A DNA stretch of 64,000 nucleotides from Ophelia neglecta. Taxonomy: Eukaryota. The DNA lies in the NCBI GenBank assembly GCA_965285935.1, contig OZ260663.1, positions 35,092,001-35,156,000 of the forward strand. Reading direction: 5' to 3'. How positions within the stretch are numbered: the stretch's first letter is position 1; the number at the start of each line of letters is the position of its first letter. Position numbers and translations under genes: made by a program. The notes below the pieces were generated by a model. That model worked only from the letters and a program-made list of their open reading frames with translations, made no database searches and was not told where the DNA came from. Below, in pieces: positions 26,114-39,500 of this stretch.

Positions 26114-29100
26114 GTAAGGATTTATTTTTGTACCATATTGAAACGAGTAACGTGTAGTTTTTCATTCGTAAATATTGAGGCCCTAGTAATAACACGAATA
26201 AACCTTGTACTGATAAACACCAGGTATGTATAAGAATCATTTTATATATAATGTGATATTGTAAAATGTCCAATACATATTATAACACGACATCTGTTGC
26301 TGCATGCGTGAATACAGAGTCATATCATTATCTGTTAATAAAGAGTTACTTAAATACCTTCATTAGAGTTCTAGGGAAAGCAGCAATCACATCGCGTTTC
26401 ATAGTGACCTTCTAAAAATTGTTTGGCTTTGGTGCTAGCAGCGTCGCCTATGTATTCGCCCTGTGCAGTGACTGTGAACAGTCACTGATACATTGTAGTT
26501 AGAGGTCATGCCGCGGTGTGTGACGGAATCATCAGGGGAAACAAAAATGTATCCCTAGTGAGCTCAGTTAGAAAAATCATAAAAGCTGTAAACTGCCCAC
26601 TTAAAAAACCATGAATTTCAAAGAGGTTTAATTGGTTATAACTTGCGTCCCATCCTTCTTAGCGGTCTGAACCCACGGTTTGTCCCTGATGTATATGCAC
26701 CGCGTATACCAATGATATCATTTGACACCCGGCTTAAATATGACCAGTTCAATTTAAGATACAAACAGTAACATAGGAATAAGCAAGTATTAAAGAGAGT
26801 CTCTTGTCCTCAAAGTAACTGTTAGGCATAACGATCTGAGGCAAAACGTCTTTGTGGGTGGAATTTCGTGTGAATGACCTCAATGATAAAGACAGTTAAT
26901 ACATACTTCAGGTCTGTAAATGCACGATCAAAAGCATATTGATCATTTGTCAAAATATCTTAGAAACGGCAAACATTGTTAATTGTTAGAAAATAGCTTT
27001 GCCAAAAGCCATTCAATTCGATTAAAAATCTTAAAGGCCAGAGCCAGAAATAACCTAGTTTGAGCCAATACTTTTCGGGTCAATACAAGGTCAAAGAATA
27101 TTGACTGGGGGCTAACCTCTCAAATCATCTTTTCTCCTTGACCAGAATACTGATTGATGGGCCTGCAAGTGCCTTTATCATATAAAGCATTAGTCGGATT
27201 CCGTTCATGTCTTCTTCAGTACATAGACTGCTTCATGATTTTCTACTCTCATTTGGCCTTCGGCATGGAATGCAGGTGAAGTTAAACCAGGGCATCAAAA
27301 TAATATTATTTGTCTTTGTAGCGACAACGTGGTTTTATTTTGTAATATGAACATATAGAGAATCAGGTGGGATGGGTTTATTGTCATTGAGCTGTGCTGT
27401 CAGGTAGTTCTGGGTAGACCGGCTTTCGGGTCCTTTAATTTAGGAAATGCACCTTTTTTCCCAATAACAGGAGAACGGAGTGCAAAATTTAAAGAAAATC
27501 ATTCAAAGCTGTTGTAAAAATGCTTCTTCAGATAGTAAGGAATACTGCTGGGAGGCATTCAACGCCACTTGTGAACAGAACGAGGTAGTGTTGATGGAGT
27601 CTGCGCGTTATGGCCGGATGAAGGTAGGACGCTGTCTGACGCGGGAATACTATATCGGCTGCTCGGCAGACATCATGCCCTATGTGGACCGGAAGTGTTC
27701 TGGTCGCCATGAATGTCAGTTCGATGTCCCAGAGACAGAGCTACACAAAGTCCAGCCTTGTCCAAAAGACTTGATGGCTTACATGGAAGCCACTTACAGC
27801 TGTATAAAAGGTATGCCTTATGCTGTATCAAAGGAGTTCATTGCATGGGTTTATTTGTTGCTGATCCAAACAACAAGCTTTACAAAAATTCTAATTTGTA
27901 ATCCCCCACAACCTCCACCCCTAGCTCCCGCCCACTGCACTTTCTGGCCTCGGGTATTACATTTAACACCCGAGATTGTTTAGGTTTACTCCATTAAAAT
28001 CAATAGTAAACAATTCCTTTCTATACTTTCCTTTTGTCTTAGCTACGTGTTTTGAAATTACTTTCAGTGGCACATGGGAAGCACAATAATTGTGATCGTG
28101 AACAAATGATCTTGACAGATAAACTCGGATATTTAAGCAGTATAATATCGGAGAAGAAAGGTCTCGGATCAAGCGACTGTCCTTGGGTCATATCTGTGTC
28201 ACCAGGACAGAAAATAAATATAAGTCTTCTAGATTTTTCTGTGGGAGGAACGCATACTGTTAACAGCCATATTTGTAATATATACGCCATCCTTCGGGAA
28301 CATTCGGCTACCAACACGGATATCACGGTCTGTGGCGGACTTAGGCGGAGTAAGTCGATTTACCTGTCGGAAACAAACGAGGTTCAAGTGCAGATTATGA
28401 CCAATGGTCAAAGGACAGATTTGGATTCCATGCCATACTTTTTGCTGAAGTATGAAGGTGAGTTATGTCCACATATTTTATAATCGAATATATTGCTTTT
28501 GGTAAAAGATAGTCGTAGTTTGTGTACAACATTTAAGGGAAGGAACGTATTACTCTTGGTTGAATTAAACGCAGAGTGGCAGAAACAGAAGTGAACAAAA
28601 TTGGTTAATCTTTTATTTAGTTGCCATTAGCGAAGGAAACACTTCAAATAAAGAGTGGCCGCAATCCCAACATTATGAAGTGTGGATGAGAATGTTAATT
28701 CATGAATTTTTTTAACGCCCCTACTGTTCACATGATACGTTAGTCGTCTACCGTAATAAATATTAACTCAATTAATAATAAATACAGGTTAATTACTTGA
28801 AGCTTGAAAAAATAATAAACATGCCCGAAGACTATCTACTTACAAAATCTTTTCAGTTGGTTTATATACTTCCTCGTTCTGCCTTACGTTTTCTAAGAAC
28901 AGGACAAAAGTAAATTTCGCGCCAATGTGGCAGCAGTAATCGCCTGGAGGACAGACTTCCGCCAAGCGGCAGGTTAACGGGCGAAGGCCGCCACTGTATG
29001 CTTATTTATGTTAGGTTCTTTGGGAACATGGACGACGTATTCGGCATGCTGTTTATCGTGATTGTCTTTTATAACACCTTGTGACGCCAGACGATCATCT

Positions 29101-31167
29101 TGGGGGCAGAACGCCTATTTGTGGGATCCCAGTTTCCGGCGGTCCCCCCGAAGTGACTCTGGCAGTCTCTGCTGATAATGTCCCGGATGCCAAATAAACA
29201 GCAGCATCCTTCGTCGGCTATGTCAGTATGCTGTGACAGTAGGAATGGTATATGAGAATCGCGGAATTTTCGAAAAGCATGATGCTATCTTAATGCTAGA
29301 CATGGCCAAGTGCAGCTGAGAGCATCGAAACAGCAATTTAATGTGACGTTTTTAAAATATGCAACATAACGGGATATGTCTACGTGGTAATTAGTAAATG
29401 TTTGTTTTATTTTTCTGATTAACTAGCGATCGGCTGCGCCGACCTGAAGGCCCCTGCTCACGGCTGGGTGGAGCGGAAGGGAGAGCGAATGACCGTCTCC
29501 TGTAACCACACCGAAGAGGCATGGTATCTGGTCTGTAACCAAAACGAGTGGATAGGCGACTTCAGGAATTGTTCACCAGGTAAACTTGTCTTGCACAGCA
29601 ACAAACTTAACTAACCCGACTTATATGAAACCCAACAGAGGAGAAAAGGACATTGCCATTGTATAGGTCAGGTTGTAATTCAGACTTAAAACTTAATGCT
29701 CGTGAGTTACTAAAACCTAAGTAACCGATTGGCCATTACCAAGCCATACGTCACTGATATAATGATGTGACGCACCTTGACGTCCATATATGACGCGTTA
29801 TTTGTCACATAAGTGCTTACTAGTGAGCCATAACCAGCCTCGTACTAGAGGCAGGAATGATGTGCTTACGATTCAACTTCCAAAGAACGGGATGGGATAC
29901 TGTTTTTCTGATGATGTCCTTTAGTAAACCCGCCAAGCCATCCACATGTCAATGTCCGTATCTTATGGTGCAACCTCCCCTTACACCTGCTAGGTTGGTT
30001 ATCAGACAAACCCTGACGTATCATCTTATTCACCCCAGCTCCTCGACCCCCCCCCCCCCACAGACACCACACACACACACACACACACACATACACCGCC
30101 CCCGCCCCAACCTTCCCCCTATCCCAACTCGGGCACGTCAGGAAAACTTCCTATAATGGGAACTTTAATTGTAGCAAAATCTTCAAATAATAATAAATAT
30201 TATTACCTTTCGAGAAATTTGATAACATACATTTATTTGTTTCAGCAAGCGCCAAAAGCCACGGTAGCACCCCCTTTGTGAGCAATTCACTTCCATTAGG
30301 TAAATTTCATAGCACCATGATTAAAATACAATATGCTAGCTAGGAAGAAAGTCTTTAAATTGGCCTTATTAATAACAACCACCCCGTGAGGTTTAATGGT
30401 CACCCTGACGTCAGGTTTGTTTGTTTCCTTCGCAGGCCTAACTATAGCCGTTGTAATAGGCGTAGCCCTTGGTATGGTGTTAGGCATACTATTACTAGCG
30501 TCAGTTATGACGTGTAAAACAAGGTTAGTATCATAGAGCTTGTGGAGAACGTCTGCAATATCATGTAGGTATGGGTAATTATACGTTAGTAAAAAGAGGT
30601 TTTAAAAATTGCCTATTTATGGCAAATTATCAAGAAACATAATAATTTATATCCCATCAATAAATGTTTGAATGTGATTAGTAGGTTCATCTGCTGCTTT
30701 TGAAATTTGCAAAATGTTTCAAAATTAATAACACTAATTTTCTTTCTCTTTGGAGACTTAAAAGAAGGCCGCATGAAACTACAGCCCCAGAGGTATTTAT
30801 GGCAGACGATTCTGAAAAGACCCGTATAGTGCGCGAAAGCGACTATGGGTACGCCCATGTATGGGAGTTACAGCGGCTTCGCAACGCGCATGCGGAGTGT
30901 GATGCTCGAACCATTGGAACGGTGCTATCAAACACAGCTCACGAGGCACACTCTCAGTTTGGCCAACATTTATTGCTCAAGTGTTCTAGGGGGAATTTAC
31001 CATCTTCAGAGCATCCGGGAGGAAGCCCACTATGTGTTATTCATGATAGGACTGTACTACATGGTGTATCCCCGTTTTTTCATGAGTTCGAAATTGAAGC
31101 CCACGACCCTAACGTTCCCGAAAAACGCGTACCAGACACTGCTATGGAAGCCCACGACACTAACTGA
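26071..31167 (+). CDS. Gene B: SUEL lectin-CUB-sushi-like single-pass membrane receptor, 472 aa; join(26071..26113,27532..27810,28068..28457,29427..29579,30246..30299,30436..30523,30756..31167)
   Basis: Seven exons, 1419 nt of open frame, same intron phases as gene A. About 85% (SUEL) and 60% (CUB) aa identity to A by manual alignment. Confidence 0.9.
27532..27810 (+). CDS. Gene B SUEL domain exon
   Basis: Acceptor CTTCTTCAG, donor AAAG|GTATGC. 279 nt as in A; 8 Cys and YGR. Confidence 0.92.
28068..28457 (+). CDS. Gene B CUB domain exon
   Basis: Acceptor CTTTCAG, donor GAAG|GTGAGT. CPWVISVSPGQKINISLLDF. Confidence 0.92.
29427..29579 (+). CDS. Gene B sushi/CCP-like exon (AIGCADLKAPAHGW...SCNHT...VCNQNEWIGDFRNCSP); absent from the ORF track
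   Basis: Acceptor AACTAG, donor CCAG|GTAAAC. Homologous to the gene A exon. Confidence 0.9.
30046..30095. repeat. Poly-C plus (CA)n microsatellite in a gene B intron
   Basis: Direct reading. Confidence 0.85.
30246..30299 (+). CDS. Gene B stalk mini-exon
   Basis: Acceptor TTTCAG, donor TTAG|GTAAAT. ASAKSHGSTPFVSNSLPL. Confidence 0.82.
30436..30523 (+). CDS. Gene B transmembrane exon (GLTIAVVIGVALGMVLGILLLASVMTCKTR)
   Basis: 88 nt. Acceptor CGCAG, donor AAG|GTTAGT. Confidence 0.9.
30756..31167 (+). CDS. Gene B cytoplasmic tail exon
   Basis: RLKRRPH...SDYGYAHVWEL...DTN*. The acceptor is GAG by homology; an in-frame AAG 9 nt downstream is also possible. Confidence 0.85.
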
Positions 31168-34100
31168 TTTCGAGCGTTTTGAGCAGGCTCTGTAGTGTCC
31201 AGTTTACTTTTTCTCTTGCTTTTCAAATTAAATCGGACAATCAGGGAAACTGCAAATTTAAATTAATGGTGAGTCAATACACAGTATGGTGATTCAAGAA
31301 CAATATTTACTCAATAAAGTTAAACAAAGATGATTGGTTCTGCAAAGGACAATTGGATCAACATAAAATTAACCATCGCTGCATACATGTGTGACATTGT
31401 GTGACTAATATTCTTAAACTTATCATTTTTCGTTGCTGTCTGTAGGTGGAGTAACAGAAGTGCCTACCAGACAGCTCAATAAAAATCGAACAAAATATTG
31501 GCTTAACGAAAAAAAAAAGGAAATTTCTGTTTATTTTTTTAAATATTATAACATACATGTTCGAGTTAGATTTGCAGTGAATGAGTATTAGGCGTTTAAG
31601 TCAGAAAAAACTGAATACTGAACTTTAAATTATCAGCTAGCTTTGTGGTCCATTTTCCATATTCCTAGCTTAACAATAGAACTGGCATAGCATTGGCCGA
31701 CGGGTAATGATTCAATCTGAATCAGAACAGGATCACTGTATGGGGACCGCAGAAACTCTAAATCAGATACCGAAAATGATTAGTCGTTTGTCAATGAAAC
31801 CTGTTATAGATGCACACCCTGGCATCCATTCTCGGAGTATTAAATTAGTGTTCACTGTGTGTGACCAGTTCTTGATCAATTACATCTGTCAGATAATCAC
31901 AAAAACCGTAAATCACTATGGTCTTAATATAAAACACACCAGCCAGATTAGGAACTGGGTTACATGTCCACGCAAGGAAAATGAAATTTCATTTCTTGTA
32001 ATAAAATTTGAGTTTTTAATTGTGTTTGTTTTGAGAAAGGTGTTTTTTACTAATTGGTCAGTGTAAACATAACTGTTTGGTTTCACGAGCAAGCCAATGT
32101 GCCATTGAATGTGTGATTTGCTAACAATTTTTTACAGATATTAATAAGCACATATTCAAGTTTGAAAAATGAATATACATCTGTTCGGGAGAATAATTGT
32201 TTACGAAATTGCCCATTTATTTCAACTAAGAATTGTTAAACGAATAGTTATGGGTTTTTGTAGCCAATATAGTAAATATGTCATATTCGTTTATTTTTTC
32301 TCCATGGGTCATTAATCACAGTTAATATTTTTGGGAATTTGTTTGCACACACAAAGGCTCCAATTTCACAAAACTGACAGATAGTGCCGAAAATAATTCC
32401 AAGCGACTGTTGCGGAAAATTGTTATGTCAGTTTAACCGCCCACGTGTTGTATTTACAGCCACGTTGACAACCTGCTCTGAGTAGCAAGTTTGCCGACCA
32501 CCCTGGTAAAATGAATTTAGTGGTCACTTACGATAGCAGACCGTTGAATACTGTCTTGGTGTATTTATAAAAAATAGCTTTCAAAGACAATGCTTAGGAC
32601 AGGAAAATAATTAATCATATTTATTTTCATACTAAAAATTATTTTAACGAAATCTGTATGGTTTCCTCGTCGTTATGATCGTCATATGAGTTAATCGATT
32701 ACTCTCTTATTTCGTTATCATACGAATCTCCTTACCCAATATGTACAAATAATTTCGAAAAAAAAACCTCGAATGAGATCAATCAATAAACTCTTATGCC
32801 ACTTCCAATGTAAATATAACGACTATTATTATTTAGGTAATAAAGACTAGCCCGTGGTAATGAAGTTTTATCCCATTTTACAAGGCCATAAATTTAATGT
32901 AAGAGTTTTTTGTTTTTACTTTCTCTCCTGTACAATGCAATTGCATGTTTGTTTGTCTTTCTCATTATTATACAACGAATCAGTTGCCTCCCCAAAGATG
33001 GATGCAAACTAAAGATTCGACAGAGGAACAGGACCGATATTGTGCCTCTTTAGAAATCAAAATGTGACAAGCAGTTTTAAAAAGGCACAGTATGAACTAT
33101 TGGCCTGCGTCATAGGATTTCACAAACCTTCTTAAAAGGTTGTAGAGAACAGGAAGACCCTTGAATAGAGTCAAAATCATGCCAGTATGACCAATCCAAA
33201 ATGTAAAATATATTCTTAATCCCAAAGGAAATATAGCAAAGGATCAACAATTGTTTACTAGGTATACATTCAAGTGTATCCATAGACGCACAAAGTCGGC
33301 TTTGCTGTCTTACCATTGTCTATGAACTGTTAATGTGTCTCTCTCCTTCTCTTATCAGGCAATCCTCTGAATCGCCAGTATATTAGAGTGCCCGAGAAAA
33401 GGCCGAGTTTTGACATTGGAATAAGGTGAACGAGCGAATATAATTTCTATTGTTTAAACACCGACTAGGAAACCACTTGGGTGATCGAAACCGTGACATC
33501 TGAGATCCACTGTGGGGATTCTTCGAGCAAGTTTATACTCACTCTATTTCACAACCGATCCCAGTGCGTGTACTTATGAAATGACTGGCTTTGAGGCCAA
33601 CAAAATGGGCCATTGATTTGTGGTTTGGTTGCCTGGTCTTTCAGATCTAACCAATGAACTTAATCATTTAACTAGCCCCTAGCAGTGCAATAATTGCCGC
33701 TTTCGGCTGCTCTTTCACTGACACCAAGAATTTTCGTTTTTCGCAGCTTGCTTTTCTAGCCCCATTAACAAGGCTCAAAGAATGACATTCATTTTCATAT
33801 CAAACCCATGTTCATACAATTTTTCAGTTATTCTTTATGTTTTAGCTTGTCTGCCTGTTCTTTACAGTGAAGTATTTCATCGTCTTCCTAGTGCTTAAAT
33901 CTTCCAGTTACCCTTAACACAGGCCTAAAGAGTCTCATGTATTTAATTCTTTTAAGGAGATCCCTAAAGTAAATTTTCTTGAAGTCTACACTCGTAATAC
34001 CATATATACCCTTTTATACGTTATTGTCGTACGCAGTCTTAGTACGAACATAATGCCAATCTATATGCCCTCTGTTCACATTGTTCAATTTTCATATTTG

Positions 34101-36389
34101 TAAACTCAGAGCGAAGCATGGCACAGCATTAACTGAAACATGGACCTCTTCTAGTTCCCTGATCACAACAACAAATTTAGCACACCAAGTTACTGGCTTG
34201 GCCATGGAGCAATAAACAACCGTTGATGCATACCGAAATGCACTTTTTCCCATTTATTGTTCGACAGATCTCGGTGGGGCCATTCCTTTGCAGGAGAACG
34301 AACCGGAGAGACTACATTCATGCGAAAATAAGTATCAATCAATAGCCGAAAAATGCCAAAAAGCCTTATACGACAACAAATGAATGAGGTAAAACACGAA
34401 TCCATGGGCTATTATTCCCAAAACTGAAGCTTAGTATGGCATACCGATGTCCTTCTCCTCTGTCCTAATGTATATATCATATCCATGACCAATGCAAACA
34501 GAAACAGAAGGTGTTTTGCATGTTTTTTGTTCTCTGGCTAGTCTGATAAGCCTGCCGATAATGTCTTGGCAATTCTTTGAACTGAGCAATAGTGGAAATG
34601 TCCTTTTTTTTGTGAATCAAGAAGAAGCAAGACCCCAGTTTGTAGAAACCTCAACAAATGAATGAACTAGGGGTAAGGGTGAATGATAATGCGCTGGAAT
34701 ATACAATACCGGTAGGTCTACCCTTTTCGTGGCCGTAGGGTTCTTCTTGTGTCCCGCGACACCGATAACCGATTTCTTTATTCCCGACCTGGCCCCTTCA
34801 GCTTTTCAATTAAGGTCTAATTTCCACCTAAATCTAGATGCTATAACACACGTCTAACCCCTAAGGACAGGGATAACTAAATGAAGGACCCTCGCCGGTA
34901 ATGCTCATGGGCAAGACTAAGTTCGCTGTTCTATTAGACCGGGGGAAATAGAGTGGACTCTAGGGAGAAGATGTAAAGTATTAAATTTCTAAAAACCTTA
35001 CTAGTAGACATTTCATAGAATTCGCGTGCCGTGTACATTGTGACTGTCTGGTTCAAGATGATGCGTCCTTTATGCCCTGACTCGCATCATGGAAAACTGA
35101 CCAGTTGTTTTTTCCTTTCTTATTTGCATGACACGTTCTTTTTATTGTTTGGGATCAGTGGATGTATGTATCTATTTCCGATTACATTGTTCGTCGGGTA
35201 TACACTCTTGTTTTTCATGTTGTGTTTATCCAGAAATTCTATAAGACTCATAGACGTTGCTAGGGCACACATCATCATGGTCCTGGTTTTTGACCCACAT
35301 CATGGACTTGTTACCACTGTTATAAAATAAAATGGGTTGTCAAATCGTTTGACTTAATTTCGGAATCGTCTCCAGCCTAGTTACGAATATAGACCTGGTG
35401 ATTGATGAGTTATTTAGCTGGCGGGTCCTTCTAATAATAATAGAATGTTTGGAACACTGATGTTGATGTGTCTGCCGGATATCTAATACCGTTTTTTTTT
35501 CTAACCATTTATTGATTATTAGGTCGTAAGCTGATTTTAGAAGTCTCAACTTGATTCTATATGTGGCCGGCCCTATGAATTTTCGAGCCCATATTGTTCA
35601 TCGCTGTTCATATAGGCCTATATCTAAACTGTTGTTGTTAATTCAATATCCAGAGATTTCGGATATTTTATGCTCGATGATATTTCTGCCCGAACTTCAA
35701 GGAATGGAAAGGTTGCTATAGTGATCGCGGTCTTAGCAACTGCAAAGTAATTGCTAGGCCTTTGGTTATGTTGATGCACTGATCACCTTCAATCCAAATC
35801 AGCCCATGAAGCTCGATTTATTTTCTAGTTGATAAAGTAACCCTGAACAACGGATTACTCAAAGTCATGGAGGAGCCCGTTATCAATGTGGGCGCGAATC
35901 CAGTGCACGTCCACTATGAAACTAAAGTATGGATCTAGTGATGTTCTATTATGACTTGGTAAAGCGATATTGGTACTTGTGGTTTGAATGGAAATGCCCA
36001 CATTGTATGTTGTTTGTAATATCTGTGAACATTCAGTCTACCATTAATCTAGTCATACCTAAGTGTTCCTATGATCATTCCGTGAAGCTGGCATTTGTAA
36101 ATTTTATCTATGGGCATAATACTTATACCTTCCACCGCGTCGCTGAAATGAACTCTAAGGATTATCCGGGGAAGTTCAAATGTGTGCTATTAAAATCGCT
36201 ATCAACTTCAAGACTTGACCTACAAGTTTAATATAACAGTCTAAAATTAGTTTGCTATGTTTGAAGGCATTCATATATTATAATGCACATAATAGAATGA
36301 ATATATGAAACCCTTGAATAATCTTTGAATCATACAGCCAATCAATGTATATCGTGTGCTTCTATTGGTCGATCTAGACGGCATTGAAA

Positions 36390-36500
36390 ACAACGGGAGT
36401 GGATACCCAGCAAACAAAATACATTGATTAATCAGAAATAGTCCATTCCACCGGACAGAAATGTGCAGAATTCGTCAGCTGTAGGCCCAGAAGCATCAAT
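36390..36500 (-). repeat. Dispersed repeat family, copy 3 (inverted)
   Basis: AACGGGAGTGGATA..TTAATC..AATAGTC..CGGACAGAAAT..AGCTGTAGGC matches the reverse complement of 345-450. Confidence 0.6.
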
Positions 36501-39500
36501 CCACATTTGTCTTTCGACATAAGCTGGTTAAGAAATTATTGTTAATTGTTGCATTTTAAGGAAAACGTAATCTAATGTGCTGAAAGTGACCTAGTTCATA
36601 TAATATGTGAAAACAGCATGTACCTCAATGCGATGAGCGTGTGTCATTTACAGAAATTTACAAAAAAAGTCCTATGCCATATATTAAATGCTGGTAAATG
36701 TAAGTGGTTTCGTTGTGTTATCCTGCCTTTTTTTTTTCAAATATCTGACATCATATCAGGCTTGCCCAATTTCTTGCTCTTCAAAAGCATTATTATTTCT
36801 AAAAACCACAGGCCCATGTGGGATTTTGTCTACAGATAAAGTATTATAATACTCACACTTGTCATTATATAAAATGCAGTCATAAAATGTCAAGAAGACC
36901 GTCTGTCTTGTTACATATACAATATGACTAATATAATGCCACTCACTCAATCGTATGTACGATGCTCCCAACCTCCATGCTGAATGAGGCTTGAAGTAAA
37001 ACGACCGGAAAACGCATCCTTGGCTGGAAGATCCTTCCGCCCCCGTCCACACTCTATGCATCCCGGTTCGATTATCCACACCTGAACGCACTCTTTAGGA
37101 AATGATGGTTAATCGAGCGTGCTCTTCAAGTTGACGAATATGTGAGATAACTCTGACAAGTGAAAATGCAGAATCTAGAAATGAATTCAATTTGCGAATC
37201 GATTTCCTGCCGATGCGCATGCCTAGGATATAAAAATAGTTCACTTAGTTACATTTTCATTGATTTACTCAAAAGAATGATAGTCGATTGCTGTTGTGCT
37301 AAATATGCTTAATGCACGCGATAAAACTATAAACATGTAAGCCAAAAGTTTTTGCAATAATTAAATAAGCTGCGAAGAAAAGGAAAATATTTATTTTTGT
37401 AAACAATATGCTTGCTGATTAAAGATGAATTTTAACTTATTTGCTGATATCAAAGTTAGTACCATGCTTACAGGTTGGTTTACACCAACACTTTGAAAGT
37501 ACTGGAATGCAGTACAGTCTTTTTAGTGCCCATTGGTGGCCCTTTGATGAGCTGATTACAAACAGGGAGACAAGGAACCACTTGCAAATAACATGGACTA
37601 AAACGATTATTAAACTATTCATATAAGTCGTCTATATTTACGTTTGAGAGAGATGGCGTTGGTATTGACCAGATATTTATATGTTTTATCTCATTAACTA
37701 TAAACAGATATATAGAAACATGTTTTAAAAATATCGCAAATCACACCTACCAGACATGCACCGTTGGTCACGATTTTCAGGCCGAAGACAGAGGCTGCTC
37801 TCGACTAAGATGTTCGTTACATGTGGAGTATAATGTACATCTTTATGGCAATGGTGTTTGAACTCATGGCCGATTGACCATTCTAGGTTTTCCTTGTGAA
37901 TACTATAGGTCTTTAGAGATACAACAAGGAGTATGAATTATACCTCCGAACCAATGCTATTGCTCGCTAGTTTAGCAGAATATCCCCGTGCAGTACTCTA
38001 AACCCTCCCCTCCCCATCATGCTGATTAATTTGGTGATAAGATCGACTTTTTCGAAAAACGTCTCTGGTGAAAATTCATTACCATTGCTTTGAAGACCTG
38101 TGCCCCGAGATTGCAGATGCATTTAACTCTTTTATAGAACTCTGGCAATAAATTTATGGTTGGCAGGCTATCTGTGTGCATATAGTTAAGAAGGGCTGTG
38201 GCTGGATTCGTAAAGATTGCTGGACGAATGAGAAATGGGCCGTGGGCTTACCATAAATAAGTATCTATAGGCATGATATGGCCGTATAGCCGGAGTCAAA
38301 AAATACGTAGATTACCACAGACTCAGTAAAGAATGTTTTGATGCTTTCTTGATGAAGGTCGTGGCTTCCTTTAGCTCCAACAAGTGGTGGTTTGAGACCA
38401 TCCTTCCATACATTAACTTTTATGTCAAACATACCCTCGTTGGGTAAATTGAAAACAAGAAAGATAACCCCACTTGGAATGAAATGTTTCCACCTTAAAT
38501 GAGAAATAATTTGACCAGGTATTTACATAATAAAGTTAACACAAGAATATTAATTTGGGTTTCGTCTTAGCCCATTCCTTGGTAATGGCCTATTTCATCA
38601 ATTGGTCCGAGATTGGCAAAAAGTCTACTATAAACATCGTGTCTTTCTTCTCCAAAGAATGAAACCTAGCGGATGTGAGAGTCACGTATTCTCACATGTG
38701 ATAAACAACAATTTAAGGTGAGTTATTGTACTAGAACAAAGCATCGGGGTATGGTATTACGCTAAACCTTGTAAGCCGATGGTACATTTGCAAAAGACAA
38801 CAATAAACTACATTTATTAATTAATGTCTGGCGTAAACTACGGTTGAAGCCCCTATCGCTCATACTTAACTCCCATAATCAGCATTAGAGTCCAATAATA
38901 AGGACCACTGACTTTGTAATCATCCAGGCGTGAGCTCCATATACAATATTACCAAAAACAGAGCGGATAGGGTCATAAAGTTACCGTAATCAGACAAATA
39001 AAGAACGTTGGGGCTTGGTTCTTAAGAAGGAGATTATTAAGAGGTTAACGAGCACATGACCAATTTCATCATTCATTTCCGGTTTGTAAAATATATAATA
39101 TACAGCACTGCGTCAAGATCTACGCCAAGCACCTTTCACAGAACATGGTACTTGTACTTATGGAATTGCTTGCTATTGTTGCTTAATGTGTTATCTTCAC
39201 AATCAAAATTTGTTGAAATGGGAATGTTTCTCTTTAGAATGCCCAATAAAAGCAACTATATGGCAAAAAACATGTTTTAAGGATTATAAAATATCATACT
39301 ATATTCGGCACGATCGGTAGCAGCAGAATTTAGTTCGCTTAGTTGGGATCGGGGAGGATTGTCCTTGTTTCTTTGTTTTGGGTTGAAAATAAAACCGGAG
39401 GATCCTGGGCATGCCGGTTCTAACCCGGGAGTACCCGTGGTCACCCCGTGTAGTAAACATGGCAAGCTAGGGGAGCCGGAGCCCATGCAATGGATGAATC

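Noticed and set aside
27207-27415. Candidate gene B signal exons near the SUEL exon
   Set aside because: The ATG-led frames end in the wrong phase or hit stops.
35690-36240. L1-like endonuclease motifs (EWKG, IYGHN, SRLD)
   Set aside because: Matches are short and partly out of order; not supportable without a search.
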